The translations under genes were made by a program, and so were the position numbers. A DNA stretch of 64,000 nt from an uncultured delta proteobacterium (lineage in GTDB: Bacteria > Myxococcota > Myxococcia > Myxococcales > Myxococcaceae), in NCBI GenBank assembly GCA_963771175.1, contig CAVYSY010000031.1, positions 128,001-192,000 of the forward strand. The letters are read 5' to 3'. The number at the start of each line of letters is the position of its first letter. Position 1 is the first letter of the stretch. The notes under the pieces were generated by a model. It was not told the origin of the DNA. It did no database searches and was given only the letters and a program-made list of their open reading frames with translations. This document shows positions 12,476 through 23,562 of this stretch, piece after piece.

Positions 12476-13246
12476 ATGACGGAGCTGAGCTATCGGACGG
12501 CGCTGGTGACGGGAGCCTCCAGCGGCCTGGGGCGTGGACTGGCACTGTGGCTGGGCAGGCGGGGCGTGAAGGTGTACGCCGCCGCGCGACGCCGTGCCCA
12601 CCTGGAGGCGCTCGCGCAGGAGGTGCGAGCGGCCGGCGCCCACATCGAGCCCGTGGAACTGGATGTCTCCCACGCGGAGGCCACGCTCGAGCGCATCCGC
12701 GAGTTGGACGACGCCTGTGGCGGGCTGGACCTCGTGGTGGCCAACGCGGGCGTGGGCGGGCAGACCTACGCCCGGAACTTCCCCTGGGAGCACGCGAAGA
12801 AGGTCATCGACGTGAACGTCACCGGGGCCGTGGCCACGCTGTCCGCCGTGCTCCCGCGCATGGTGGAACGCAACCGCGGGCACCTCGTGGGCGTCTCCAG
12901 CCTGGCGAGCTGCCGGGGCCTGCCCCAGAACGCGGCCTACTCGGCCTCCAAGGCCTTCCTCAATACCTTCCTGGAGAGCCTGCGGGTGGATCTCCACGGC
13001 ACCCAGGTGCGCGTCACCTGCATCAAGCCCGGCTTCGTGAAGACCGAGATGACGGCCGGCATCCAGCACACCATGCCCTTCCTCCTGGAGGCGGAGCCGG
13101 CCGTGGAGTTGATGGCCCGGGCCATCCTGCGCGGGGAGGCCGAGTACGGATTCCCCTGGCCGATGGCCAGCGCCGTCGGCGTGGCGAAGCTGGTGCCGAA
13201 CCTCCTCTTCGACGCCGTCGCGAGCAAGGCGCTCCGAGGCGACTAG
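12476..13246 (+). CDS. SDR family oxidoreductase
   Basis: TGASSGLG, NAG, YSASK, PGFVKT. Confidence 0.95.
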   Translation: MTELSYRTALVTGASSGLGRGLALWLGRRGVKVYAAARRRAHLEALAQEVRAAGAHIEPVELDVSHAEATLERIRELDDACGGLDLVVANAGVGGQTYARNFPWEHAKKVIDVNVTGAVATLSAVLPRMVERNRGHLVGVSSLASCRGLPQNAAYSASKAFLNTFLESLRVDLHGTQVRVTCIKPGFVKTEMTAGIQHTMPFLLEAEPAVELMARAILRGEAEYGFPWPMASAVGVAKLVPNLLFDAVASKALRGD

Positions 13247-13260
13247 CGCTCCAGAGCCCG

Positions 13261-13306
13261 CAAAAAGCGAAGGGCGGGGCCCCGTATAGGAGCACCCGCC
13301 CTGCTT
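13261..13306 (-). terminator. Rho-independent terminator of the 189-aa gene
   Basis: AGGGCGGG...CCCGCCCT stem followed on minus strand by TCGCTTTTT. Confidence 0.65.
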
Positions 13307-13325
13307 CAACCACCCGCCGGACTGA

Positions 13326-13895
13326 TTAGCGGATGTTGCCGATGATGGACTTCTGCGTCTCACCGCGCATCTTGATGACGTTGCTGATCATCTGCACCAT
13401 CTCGGAGTAGTTCTGCAGCTCGTACTGGGCCTTGAGGCGGGCGGCGTCCTTCGGGTCCAGGCCCTCGAGCGACTTCTGCTGGGTGGCCGACAGGCCCTTG
13501 CCCGTCTGCGCCATGGAGATGGCGTTGTCCCAGATGCCGCCGCCGCTGGCCGCGGTGGTCACCGCGTTGTTGATGGCGCCCGCCTCGACAGGCGAACGGG
13601 TCGGGATGCTCGGGGCCGGAGCCGCACCACCGGTCGCACCGCCCACCTGGGCGGGGGTGGAGGGCAGGTTGGTGCTCACGCCACCCTGAGTCGCGGAGGG
13701 AGAGGGCAGACCGAGCGCCTTGGCGACCTGCTCCAGCAGGCTCTTCTTGGCACCCTCGAAGCCGGACTTGAAGAACTCGCCGACGACGTTCTTCAGCGCG
13801 TCCTTGACGCCGTTGAGAATCGAGCCACCGATGCCGCCAGCGCCGAGCATCTTGCCGAGGTCAATCTTGGGAAGCTGGAAGCCGCCGATCTTCAT
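13326..13895 (-). CDS. Gly/Ala-rich protein with T3SS needle (SctF)-like C-terminal hairpin
   Basis: Strong codon bias, GGAGAG RBS, own terminator; C-terminus DPKDAARLKAQYELQNYSEMVQMISNVIKMRGETQKSIIGNIR; ORF secure, family call inferred. Confidence 0.55.
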   Translation of the reverse strand: MKIGGFQLPKIDLGKMLGAGGIGGSILNGVKDALKNVVGEFFKSGFEGAKKSLLEQVAKALGLPSPSATQGGVSTNLPSTPAQVGGATGGAAPAPSIPTRSPVEAGAINNAVTTAASGGGIWDNAISMAQTGKGLSATQQKSLEGLDPKDAARLKAQYELQNYSEMVQMISNVIKMRGETQKSIIGNIR

Positions 13896-14078
13896 TTGGT
13901 CTCTCCGGGTGGAGGGCAGCGCCAGCGCCGCCCCGCTTACAAATGGATTATCGCGGGGGCCCTCCGGGAGTTTCCTGCCGATTTAATTCTCCCATTTTTC
14001 TCCGGGCCCCACGGTTGGAGCAGCGCGTCATGCTGAGCTAGAAGGCGGGCGCCTTCCGTTCCCTGGAGAACTGTCCGC

Positions 14079-15275
14079 ATGCGCCGTCCCGCCCCGTTGC
14101 TCCTCGCCGCGCTCACCCTGCTGGTGGCCGCTTGTGAGAAGAAGGCGCAGCCCCCGCCCCCGTCCGAGCCCGCCTCCACTCCGACCACGGCCTCCACCGG
14201 CGGGGCACCGGAGAGCACGGACACCCTCCTCCTGGGTCAGGTGGGCAGCCTCACCGGCAGCGAGGCCACCTTCGGCATCTCCGGGCGCAACGGCATCGCC
14301 ATGGCCGTCGAGGAGGCCAACGCCGCGGGCGGAGTGAAGGGCAAGAAGCTCGCGGTGCGCGTCTATGACAGCCAGGGCAGGCCCGAGGAGGCGGCCCAGG
14401 CGGCCACCCGCCTCATCACCCAGGACAAGGTGCTCGTCCTCCTGGGCGAGGCCGCCTCGTCCAACTCGATGGCCATGGCGGAGAAGGCGCAAGCGGCCGG
14501 GGTGCCGATGATTACGCCCTCGTCCACCAACCCCGCCGTCACCCGGAAGGGCGACTACATCTTCCGCGTCTGCTTCATCGACTCCTTCCAGGGCTATGTG
14601 ATGGCGAAGTTCGCCCGCGACCACCTGAAGCTGAACAAGGTGGCGGTGCTGCAGGACAACAAGAGCGCCTACTCGGTGGGGCTGACGGACGTGTTCAGCC
14701 GGAAGTTCTCCGAGATGGGCGGCGCCATCGTGGCCAACGAGAGCTACTCGAAGAGCGACACGGACTTCCGCGCGCAGCTCACCGCCATCAAGATGACGAA
14801 GCCGGAAGCCATCTTCATTCCAGGCTACTACACCGACGTGGGCATCATCGCGCGGCAGGCGCGCGAGTTGGGGCTGACCGTGCCGCTGCTCGGCGGCGAT
14901 GGCTGGGAGTCCGACAAGTTGTTCGAGCTCGGCGGCGAGGCCCTCGAGGGCAGCTACTACTCCAACCACTACTCGGTGGATAACCCGGATCCGCTCGTGC
15001 AGGAGTTCATCGCGAAGTACAAGGCGGCCTACGGCGGCGTGCCGGACAGTGTGGCGGCCCTGGCCTATGACGCCGCGCGGCTGGCCATCGACGCGATGAA
15101 GCGCGCGCCGGACCTGTCGGGCGCGTCCATCCGCGACGCCATCGCCTCCACCAAGGACTTCCCGGGCGTGGCCGGCACCATCAACCTCGACAGGAACCGC
15201 GACGCGGTGAAGCAGGCCGTCATCCTCAAGCTCGAGGGCGGGAAGACGAAGTTCGTCACCACCATCAAGCCGTAG
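14079..15275 (+). CDS. Branched-chain amino acid ABC-type substrate-binding lipoprotein (LivJ/K-like)
   Basis: Lipobox VAAC; YIFRVCFIDSFQG, DFRAQLT, GGDGW, LAYDA. Confidence 0.9.
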   Translation: MRRPAPLLLAALTLLVAACEKKAQPPPPSEPASTPTTASTGGAPESTDTLLLGQVGSLTGSEATFGISGRNGIAMAVEEANAAGGVKGKKLAVRVYDSQGRPEEAAQAATRLITQDKVLVLLGEAASSNSMAMAEKAQAAGVPMITPSSTNPAVTRKGDYIFRVCFIDSFQGYVMAKFARDHLKLNKVAVLQDNKSAYSVGLTDVFSRKFSEMGGAIVANESYSKSDTDFRAQLTAIKMTKPEAIFIPGYYTDVGIIARQARELGLTVPLLGGDGWESDKLFELGGEALEGSYYSNHYSVDNPDPLVQEFIAKYKAAYGGVPDSVAALAYDAARLAIDAMKRAPDLSGASIRDAIASTKDFPGVAGTINLDRNRDAVKQAVILKLEGGKTKFVTTIKP

Positions 15276-15359
15276 ACCCTGCCCGAGCTCTCCTCCGGAC
15301 ATGGACCCTGAGAGAACTCTCAAGGTCCTCTCAAGCAGGGGAGGCGCGCGGCCTTTACG

Positions 15360-16595
15360 TTGCGCGTCATGGTTGCCGTCCTCGCAGCACTCGTGCTGGC
15401 CGCTTCGCCCCCGGAGGTCACTCCCCTGACCTTCACGGAGGCGCTCTCGTTCGCCGAGCGTACCCCTGGCCCCGAGGGAGCCGCTCGCGCCGCGGAGGTC
15501 CGCCGCGCCGAGAGCGCTCGTCTCTCTCCCTTCGTCTTCAACCCTCAAATCACCGTCGAGCCCGGATACCGGAGGCAGAGCTCGGACCTGCGCGGCGCCG
15601 ACCTGCGCGTGGGCGTGAGCCAGACGTTCAGCCTCTCCGGCCAGACGGGCGCCCGGAACACCACCGTCCACGCCGAGGAGAACGCGCTCGAGGCCGAGGC
15701 CCGCGCCGTCCTGCTCACGCGTCGGCTCGCCATCGCCGAGGCCTGGCTGCGGCTCTGGGCCGCCGAGCAGGCAGCCACCCACACCCAGCAGGAGGTCGGG
15801 CTGGCCGGCTCCTTCCTCAAGGCCGTGGAGGGGGCCTCGAAGCTGGGGGCCTCCACGAAGCTGGAGGTCGCCGAGGCCTCCGCGTACCTCGCCGAGGCGC
15901 GGCTCGCCGGGCTGGACGCGGATGGCCGCGTGGCCGAGAGCCGCGTGGAGCTGGCGAAGCTGCTCGGCCGCGACCCCACGCGCCCCCTCCAGGCCGGCGG
16001 GCCCCTGCCCGAGCTGGAGCTGCCTCCGGAAAAGGAGTGGGAGCCGCTGGTGGCCCGGGCCTCACGGCTGCCGGAGGCAATGGCGCGGGAGCTCGGCGCC
16101 CAGGTGGAGCGGGCGCGCGCGGCGGAGGTCCGCGCCGCCCGAGGCTCCTTGCTCCAGGTGGGCCTCGCCGGCCTGCGCGAGTACGACGGTGCCACCGGTG
16201 CCGCCCTCACGCTGACGCTCACGCCCTCCCTCTTCGAGCGCGGGGACCGGGACCGGGGCACGCTCCTGGCCTCCGCCGAGAGGCTCGAGGGCGAGGCGCG
16301 CGACGCCAGTCACCGGGCCGCCGCCGAGCTGACGATCGCCTTCCACGACGTGGAGCACTCGCACGAGGTGGTGGAGACGCTCCAGGTCCAGCTCCTCCCC
16401 TCCGCCGAGGAAGCCGCGAGGTTGCGCGAGCTCCTCTTCCAGTCCGGGGACTCCACCGTCCCCGAAGTGGTGCTGGCGCGCCGTGCGCTGGCCTCCGCCC
16501 GCCTTCGTCTGGGTCACGCCCGCGCCGAGGAGGCCTGGGCGCGAGTGAAGACCCGTCTCCTCATCGATGCCCTCTCCGGAGTCCCCACACCATGA
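15360..16595 (+). CDS. TolC/CzcC-like outer membrane efflux protein
   Basis: Signal peptide, OEP-like helical repeats, first gene of OMF-MFP-RND cluster. Confidence 0.8.
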   Translation: MRVMVAVLAALVLAASPPEVTPLTFTEALSFAERTPGPEGAARAAEVRRAESARLSPFVFNPQITVEPGYRRQSSDLRGADLRVGVSQTFSLSGQTGARNTTVHAEENALEAEARAVLLTRRLAIAEAWLRLWAAEQAATHTQQEVGLAGSFLKAVEGASKLGASTKLEVAEASAYLAEARLAGLDADGRVAESRVELAKLLGRDPTRPLQAGGPLPELELPPEKEWEPLVARASRLPEAMARELGAQVERARAAEVRAARGSLLQVGLAGLREYDGATGAALTLTLTPSLFERGDRDRGTLLASAERLEGEARDASHRAAAELTIAFHDVEHSHEVVETLQVQLLPSAEEAARLRELLFQSGDSTVPEVVLARRALASARLRLGHARAEEAWARVKTRLLIDALSGVPTP

Positions 16596-17665
16596 GACGC
16601 TCCGCGCTCCTCGCTTCCGTCGTCCTGTTGGGCACGGCCCTCGGCTGCTCCACGCCGCCGCCCCCCACGGCCGTGCCACCGCCCGCGCAGTCCAGCGCGC
16701 GCACCACCTGGGTGCACCCACGTCCCGCCCGGGGCGTGCCCCTCACCGAGGCGCCTGCCCAGGTGCTCCCCCATCCCGAGGGCGCCGCGGCGCTCGGCCT
16801 GCCCTTCCGGGGCAATGTCACCCGCATCGCCGTGCGCCCCGGCCAGAAGGTGCGCAAGGGCGAGGTGCTCGTCGAGATGCTCATGCCCGAGGTGGTGCGG
16901 GCCGCGGGCGATTACGAGGCCGCCTCCTTGCGCGCCCAGGCGTATGAGCGCCGCGCGGCCCAGTTGAAGGCACTCCAGGAGCAGGGCATGGCCCGCGTCT
17001 TCGAGCTGGCCGAGGCCGAGGCGAACCTGGCCGAGGCGCGCGCGGCGCGGCAGAGCGCCCAGGCGCTGCTGAAGGTCGCGGGGCTGGAGGGCTCCGCCGC
17101 CGCCGGAGTGGCGCAGCGGGGCACGGTGCCCTTGCGCAGCCCGGTGGACGGCATCGTCACCGCCGTGGACGCGGTGCTGGGCGAGTCTCGCGACAGTGGC
17201 TCGGCGCCGCTGGTTCGCGTCGCGGGCGAGGGCCCCGCGCGTCTCGAGGCCCGGCTCTCCCAGGTGCTGCCCGAGGACGCCGCCTTCGAGTTCTCCGCGC
17301 CGGGACAGGAGGCCATGCCGGTGCGGCTGGTGGGGCGAGCGCCCGCGGTGGACGTGAGGGATGGCACCACGGCCGCGTGGTTCGAGCCCGAGCCGGCGCG
17401 CTCCCTCCCCGCGGGCCTGCAGGGCACGGTGCGGGTGAAGGCGGACGGGCTGCCCGAGGTGACGGCCGTCCCCGCGCGCGCGCTGGTGCTGGAGGGCGGC
17501 GAGGTCGCCGTGCTGGTGCGTGACGGCGAGGGCTATCGCCGCCAGCCGGTGAAGGTGGTGGTGCAGTCCGGCGCGGATGCTCTGGTGCGCGGGCCCCTCA
17601 AGGAGACGGACGAGGTGGCCGCGGATTCCGCGCGGGTCCTTTCGCTGGAGGGAGAAGGCACATGA
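16592..17665 (+). CDS. RND periplasmic adaptor (CzcB-like) lipoprotein
   Basis: Lipobox [29 protein letters not shown] overlaps on both sides. Confidence 0.88.
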   Translation: MRRSALLASVVLLGTALGCSTPPPPTAVPPPAQSSARTTWVHPRPARGVPLTEAPAQVLPHPEGAAALGLPFRGNVTRIAVRPGQKVRKGEVLVEMLMPEVVRAAGDYEAASLRAQAYERRAAQLKALQEQGMARVFELAEAEANLAEARAARQSAQALLKVAGLEGSAAAGVAQRGTVPLRSPVDGIVTAVDAVLGESRDSGSAPLVRVAGEGPARLEARLSQVLPEDAAFEFSAPGQEAMPVRLVGRAPAVDVRDGTTAAWFEPEPARSLPAGLQGTVRVKADGLPEVTAVPARALVLEGGEVAVLVRDGEGYRRQPVKVVVQSGADALVRGPLKETDEVAADSARVLSLEGEGT

Positions 17666-20600
17666 TGACCCGGCTGGTGGAAGGCTCGGTGAAGCACCGG
17701 GGCTGGACGCTGGGGCTCACGGCGCTGTTCGCCGTGCTGGCCTCAGTGATGGCGACGCGGATGGAGCTCGACGCGCTGCCCGACATCACCAACAACCAGG
17801 TGCTGGTGCTCACCCGCGCCCCGGGCCTGACGCCCGAGGAGGTGGAGCGGCTGGTGACCCGGCCGGTCGAGACGGCGCTCGGCGGCGTGCCCGGGCTGAT
17901 CGAGCAGCGCAGCCTGTCGCGCTACGGCATCTCCTCGGTGACGGCGGTCTTCGAGGACGACGTCGATGCCGTACCGCGCCCGCCAGATGGTGCAGGAGCG
18001 GCTGAACGCGCTCGCGGGCGGGCTGCCCGCCGGGCGTGGGGCGCGCCGGAGCTGGGACCGCTCACCGGCGGCCTCGGGGAGATCTTCCACTTCACCCTCA
18101 GCTCGCCGCGCCGCACCCCGGCCGAGCTGCTGGAGCTGGCCGAGCTTCGGGTGGCGCCGCTGCTGCGCGGCGTGCCCGGCGTGGTCGAGGTGAACACCTG
18201 GGGCGGCGCAGCAGCGCACGCTCGAGGTGGAGGCGGACCCGGCGCAGCTGGCCGCACCGCGGGCTCACGCTCGGCGGACGCTGAAGCAGGCGCTGGAGGG
18301 CGCACCGGCAGCGTGCCCGGGGCGAGCCTCGCCGCGGGCGATCGGGCAGGTGCTGCTGCGCGCGGTGGCGCGTCCTCCCGGACGCCGGCGAGCTGGGAGG
18401 CGGCGGTCGTCCGCGCGGCCTCGGGCCAGACCCGGTGCGACTCGCGGACGTGGCCGAGGTGGTGCCAGGGCGCCCTGCCGCGCATCGGCGCCGCCACCGC
18501 CAACGGCCGGGGCGAGACCGTCTACGTGATGGTGCAGATGCTCCGCGGCGACAACGCGCTCGACGTGATGGAGCGGCATGCACGACGCGGATGGAGCGAG
18601 GTGCGCACGGTCGCTGCCCGAGGACGTGCTCGTGGACGTGGTCTACGACCGCAGCACGCTGGTGCGCGGCACGCTCCGCACCGTCGGCAAGAACCTGCTC
18701 GAGGGCGGCCTGCTGGTGATGGCGGTGCTCTTCCTCATGCTGGGCAGCTTGCGGGCCGGGCTGCTGGTGGCCTCGGCGCATCCCGCTCTCCATGCTGGGC
18801 GCGACCGCGGCGCATGGTGGCCGCTCGACATCCCCGGCAACCTGATGAGCCTCGGCGCCCTCGACTTCGGCCTGCTCGTGGACGGCGCGGTGGTGATGGT
18901 GGAGGCGCGTCTTCCACCACGTCGCCGGCGACCAGCCCGGTCGGGCCGAGAAGCGTGCCGAGAGCCGAGGTGCACGCGAGCGTGACCGGGCACCGTGGCC
19001 CAGCCGGTGTTCTTCTCGGTGCTCATCATCCTGCTGGTCTACGTGCCGGTGCTCTCGCTCACCGGCGTGGACGGCAAGATGTTCCGCCCCATGGCGCTCA
19101 CGGTGGTGCTTCGCGCTGGCGACCTCGCTGGTGCTCTCGCTCACCTTCATCCCCGCGGCGGCCAGCGCTCTTCCTGCGGCCCGAGGACGTCCCCGAGCGC
19201 GCCCCGCTCCTGGTGCGCTGCGATCGAGAAGGGCTACCTGCCGCTGCTCGCGCCTCGGCCGCGCGCCCCTGGCGCCGGTGGCCGTCGGGTCGGTGGTGCT
19301 GCTCGCGCTGGGCGTGGGCCTCTTCGCGCACGCGCCGGCAGCGAGTTCGTCCCGCAGCTCGACGAGGGGGACCTGGTGGTGCAGACCACGCGCGCGGCCG
19401 ACATCTCGCTCGAGACCGCCGTCTCGCGAGGCCGGTCAAGCTCGAGGCGGTGCTGCTGGAGAAGGTCCCCGAGGTGAAGGCAGGTCGTCTCGCGCATCGG
19501 CAGCCCCGCGGTGGCCACCGACATCATGGGGCTCGAGCAGGCCGACGTCTTCGTGCTCGCTCGCGCCCCAGGACGCAGTGGCGCCCGGGCGTCGACACGC
19601 GACGGCGCTCATCGCGGAGATGCGACCGGTGCTGCGACGACGAGCGCGCCCGGCGGCGAGCCGGCCTTCACCCAGCCCATCCAGATGCGCTTCAACGAGC
19701 TGCTGGGCGGCTCGGTGACCGACGTCACGGTCACCGTCTACGGCGACGACCTGGCCGAGCTCGACCGGCTCGCCGAGCCGGTAGCCGCGGAGGTGGGCCG
19801 GGAGCCCGGCGCCGCCGACGTGCGGGTGCTCGCGCCGCCGGCGGTGTCGCTGCTGGAGGTGCGGCCCCGCCCGCTCGACGCCTCGCGCGCTGGGCTTCAC
19901 CGTGCGCGAGCGTGCTCGAGGCGGTGCAGGCGGTCCGCACCGGGCTCGAGGTCGGCGCCACCTACGACGGCGCGCTGCGCGATCCCCATCCTGCTGCGCC
20001 TGGCGGGGGCGCGAACGCCTTCACGCTGGCGCGACCTGCCGCTCCCGGTGCCGCGCGGGCGGCGCTGGTGCCGCTGTCGCGGGTCGCCGACGTGGAGCTC
20101 GACCACCGGCGCCCAGCCTGGTCACCCGGCAGGACGGGCGAGCGCCGCCTCGTGGTCGGCTTCAACGTGCGCGGCGCCGACCTGGGCACGGTGGTGGAGC
20201 AGGCCCGAGACGGCGGTGGCGCACGGCGGTGCAGCCTGCCGCGCGGCTACCGCTTCGAGTGGGGCGGCCAGTACGAGACCCTGACGGAGGCCACGCGGCG
20301 GCTCGCCGCTCGTCATCCCCGCGGTGCTGGTGCTCATCGTGGCCGTGCTCTGGCTCGACCTTCCGGCGCCTCCGGCCGGCGCTGCTCATCTTCATCAACG
20401 TGCCCTTCGCCTGCGTGGGCGGGCATGGTGGCGCTCGTCGCTGCGCGGCATGCCGGTCTCCATCTCGGCGGCCGTCGGCTTCATCGCGCTCTCCGGCATC
20501 GCGGTGCTGAACGGCGTGGTGCTGATGTCGCGGCTGCTCGCACCTCGAGGACGAGGGCCGTGCCCGGCGGAGGCCGCGCTGCGAGGCGGCGCGGGAGCGC

Positions 20601-20840
20601 GTCGCGGCCGGTGCTGATGACGGCGCTGGTGGCGGCGCTGGGCTTCGTGCCGATGATGCTGGCCACCGGCGTGGGCGCCGAGGTGCAGCGCCCGCTGGCC
20701 ACGGTGGTGGTGGGCGGCCTGGTGACGTCGACGCTGCTCACGCTCCTCGTCCTCCCGGCGCTCTACCCGTGGCTCGCGCGCGCCGGGCCGGGAGCGCCGA
20801 GCCCGAGCGCACGAGCCGGCACCAGGAGGCCGCCGCATGA
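17662..20840 (+). CDS. czcA: CzcA/CusA heavy-metal RND permease, many frameshifts
   Basis: [62 protein letters not shown]...[12 protein letters not shown] spread over three frames; end approximate. Confidence 0.88.
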
Positions 20841-21526
20841 AGCTGCTGCTCGTCGAGGATGAGGAGAAGATGGCCCGGCTGCTGCAGCGGGGCCTGACCG
20901 AGGCAGGGCCACCAGGTGGACGTGTGCCAGCGGCGGCGAGGACGCGCTGGAGCAGGCGCGGCCGATCGCCTACGACGTGCGTGCTGCTCGACTGGGCGCT
21001 GCCGGACCTCGACGGGCTGGCGGTGCTGCGACGCTGGCGCGAGCAGGGCCTGCGCACGCCGGTGCTGATGCTCACCGCGCGGGGCACGGTCGGCGAGAAG
21101 GTGACCGGGCTGCGCGCGGGCGCCGACGACTACCTGGTGAAGCCCTTCGACTTCGAGGAGCTGCTGGCGCGGCTCGAGGCACTGCACCGCCGGGGCGACG
21201 CGCAGGGGCCGGCACAGCAGGTGGGCCCGCTGGTGCTGGACTCGCGGCGGCGGGTGCTGCGTCACGGGGAGCGGGAGGAGTCGCTCACCGCGCGCGAGTT
21301 CGCCCTCTGCTCCGAGCTGGCCAGCCACGTGGGCGAGGTGCTGTCGCGCTCGCACGCTGCTCAGCCACGTGTGGGGCGACAACTTCGACGGGCCGCCCAA
21401 CGTCGTGGACGTGTACGTGGGCTACCTGCGCGGCAAGCTGAAGAAGCTGGGGGTGGAGCCGAGGGTGTCCATCCAGACGGTGCGCGGGAGTGGGCTTCCG
21501 GCTGGTGGTGGAGGGGCGGCGGGTGA
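20837..21526 (+). CDS. OmpR-family response regulator, frameshifted
   Basis: [47 protein letters not shown]. Confidence 0.9.
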   Translation: MKLLLVEDEEKMARLLQRGLTEAGPPGGRVPAAARTRWSRRGRSPTTCVLLDWALPDLDGLAVLRRWREQGLRTPVLMLTARGTVGEKVTGLRAGADDYLVKPFDFEELLARLEALHRRGDAQGPAQQVGPLVLDSRRRVLRHGEREESLTAREFALCSELASHVGEVLSRSHAAQPRVGRQLRRAAQRRGRVRGLPARQAEEAGGGAEGVHPDGAREWASGWWWRGGG

Positions 21527-22913
21527 GGCTGGCGACGCGGCTGTGGTTGCTGGGCGCGCTGGTGCCCATGGCGGGCATCCTGCTGGCACTGCTGCTCGCG
21601 GAGTCGTTCTTCCAGTCCTGGCTGGCGCGCGAGGTGGACCGGGCGCTGCTCACGCAGGCCGCGGTGGAGGCGGTGAGCCTCTTCGACGGACCCGGAGGCA
21701 AGCCGCACCTGCACATGCGGCACTCGCCGCTGGAACAGGAGGTGCGCCCCTTCGCTCCGATGGCCGAGCTGTTCGGTCCGACGGGCCAGCGGCTGGTGGT
21801 CTATCCGTCCTCCGCCGAGGCCCCCCCGGGCCAACGCCCACGCCGCACCCACCGGGAGAGCCGCCTCGCTTCGAGACGGCGTCGGGCGCGGATGGAGCGC
21901 GGCTCCGGCAGCTCACCCTGGGAGTCAAGGCGCCGTCCGGCGAGGTGTACACGCTGCGGCTGTCGGCGTCGCTGGCGCAGCAGGACTCGGCGGTGAGCGC
22001 CTTCCGCACGGTGACGCTCTCGATGGCGGCGCTGCTGGGCGTGGTGCTGTTCGCGCTGCAGGCGTGGCAGGCGCGGTGGCTGGCCGGGCGGCTGAATCGG
22101 TTGCGAGGGCTCATCGGCCGGCTGCGCGAGGGCGTGCTGCCCGAGTCCTCGCGGAAGGGGACCCGCGAGGACGAGGTGTCCGAGGTGGAGGGCGCACTGC
22201 ACGAGGCGTCGGAGCGGCTCAACGAGGCGCGCGAGGCCCAGGAGCAGCTCATCGCCCGAGCGGCGCACGAGCTGCGCACGCCGCTGGCGTTGATGCGCAC
22301 GAGCCTGGACCTGGCGCTGTGGAAGGAGCGAGACGCGAACTCGCTGCGAGAGGCGCTGGAGGAGACGCGGCGCGAGGTGGAGCGGCTGAGCGCGCTGGCG
22401 GGCAACCTGCTGGACCTGGCCTCGTTCGGACGAGGGGGCTGGGAGGTGCGAGCGGGAGACCTGCGCGAGGTGGTGGAGGACGCGGCCGCCGCGGCCCGCG
22501 CCGAGGCCGAGGGACGGGGTGTCTGGATGATGGTGGAGGGCCCCGAGACGGCGCCCTGTACCTTCCATGCGGCCTCGGTGAGGCAGGCGGTGGACAACCT
22601 GCTGGCGAACGCCCTGCGGTACGCGCCGAAGGGGACGGAGCTCTCCGTGCGACTGATGCGCGAGGCGACTCGGTGGAGGCTCTCGGTGCGAGACCGGGGC
22701 CCGGGTATTCCGGTGGAGCACCGGGAGGCGGTGTTCCTACCCTTCCACCGGGTGGAGCCGACGGGCGCGGGGACGGGGCTGGGACTGGCGGTGGTGCAGG
22801 AGGTGGCGAAGCGCCACGGAGGCCGGGCCTGGGTGGCGGAGGTGGAGGGGCCGGGCGCCGAGCTGGTGCTGGAGCTCCCCGCGGAGGGACCCGCCACGAC
22901 CACCGCCGCGTGA
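21523..22913 (+). CDS. Sensor histidine kinase, frameshift near 21840
   Basis: Two TM segments, AHELRTPL, NLLANALRY, DRGPGI, GTGLGL. Confidence 0.9.
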
Positions 22914-23090
22914 GGGTCCTCTCTCCCTGGGCGTCGGAATCCGCACGAGCTCGACTGAAGTGAGAGCGGATGGGCGAGCCCCTGGCTTATCATCCGCGAC
23001 GCGGGCGGGGTCCCGACTTGCTCCTGGCACTCCCCGCCCCACCCTGACCCTATGGGGCCCTCGCCCCAGTCCTTTCCCGGAGGAGCGGAC

Positions 23091-23522
23091 GTGATCAAGC
23101 ACATCCTCGTCGCCATCGATGGCTCGGAGAGCTCGCGCAAGGCGGCGCGCTTCGCCCATGACCTGGCGCAGCAGACGAACTCTCGCATCACCCTCCTCTT
23201 CGTGCTCGAGCCCCCTCGGATGCTCCCCGTCGGGTTCATGGACGCGGAGCTCATCTCCGGCCCCCAGCGAACCCCCGAGGAGCTGGAGGCAGTGCGGCGC
23301 ATGCTGGACGAGGTGGCCGCGGACCTGCCCAAGGCCCAGGTGGACAAGGTGGTGGAGATTGGCCGTCCCGCCGACACCATCGTGGCCCAGGCCGATGCGC
23401 TGGGCGCGGACCACATCGTCATTGGCGCCCGCGGCCTCAACCCCGGTGGCAAGTGGCTGCTCGGCTCGGTCAGTGACAGGGTGGTCCAGCACGCGGGCCG
23501 CCCCGTCACCGTGGTGCACTGA
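23091..23522 (+). CDS. Universal stress protein
   Basis: HILVAIDGSE, GARG...LLGSVSDRVV; GGAGG RBS before GTG. Confidence 0.93.
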   Translation: MIKHILVAIDGSESSRKAARFAHDLAQQTNSRITLLFVLEPPRMLPVGFMDAELISGPQRTPEELEAVRRMLDEVAADLPKAQVDKVVEIGRPADTIVAQADALGADHIVIGARGLNPGGKWLLGSVSDRVVQHAGRPVTVVH

Positions 23523-23562
23523 CCCGAGGCGAATCCAGCACGGGGAGCGTAGGCTCCGTGGG

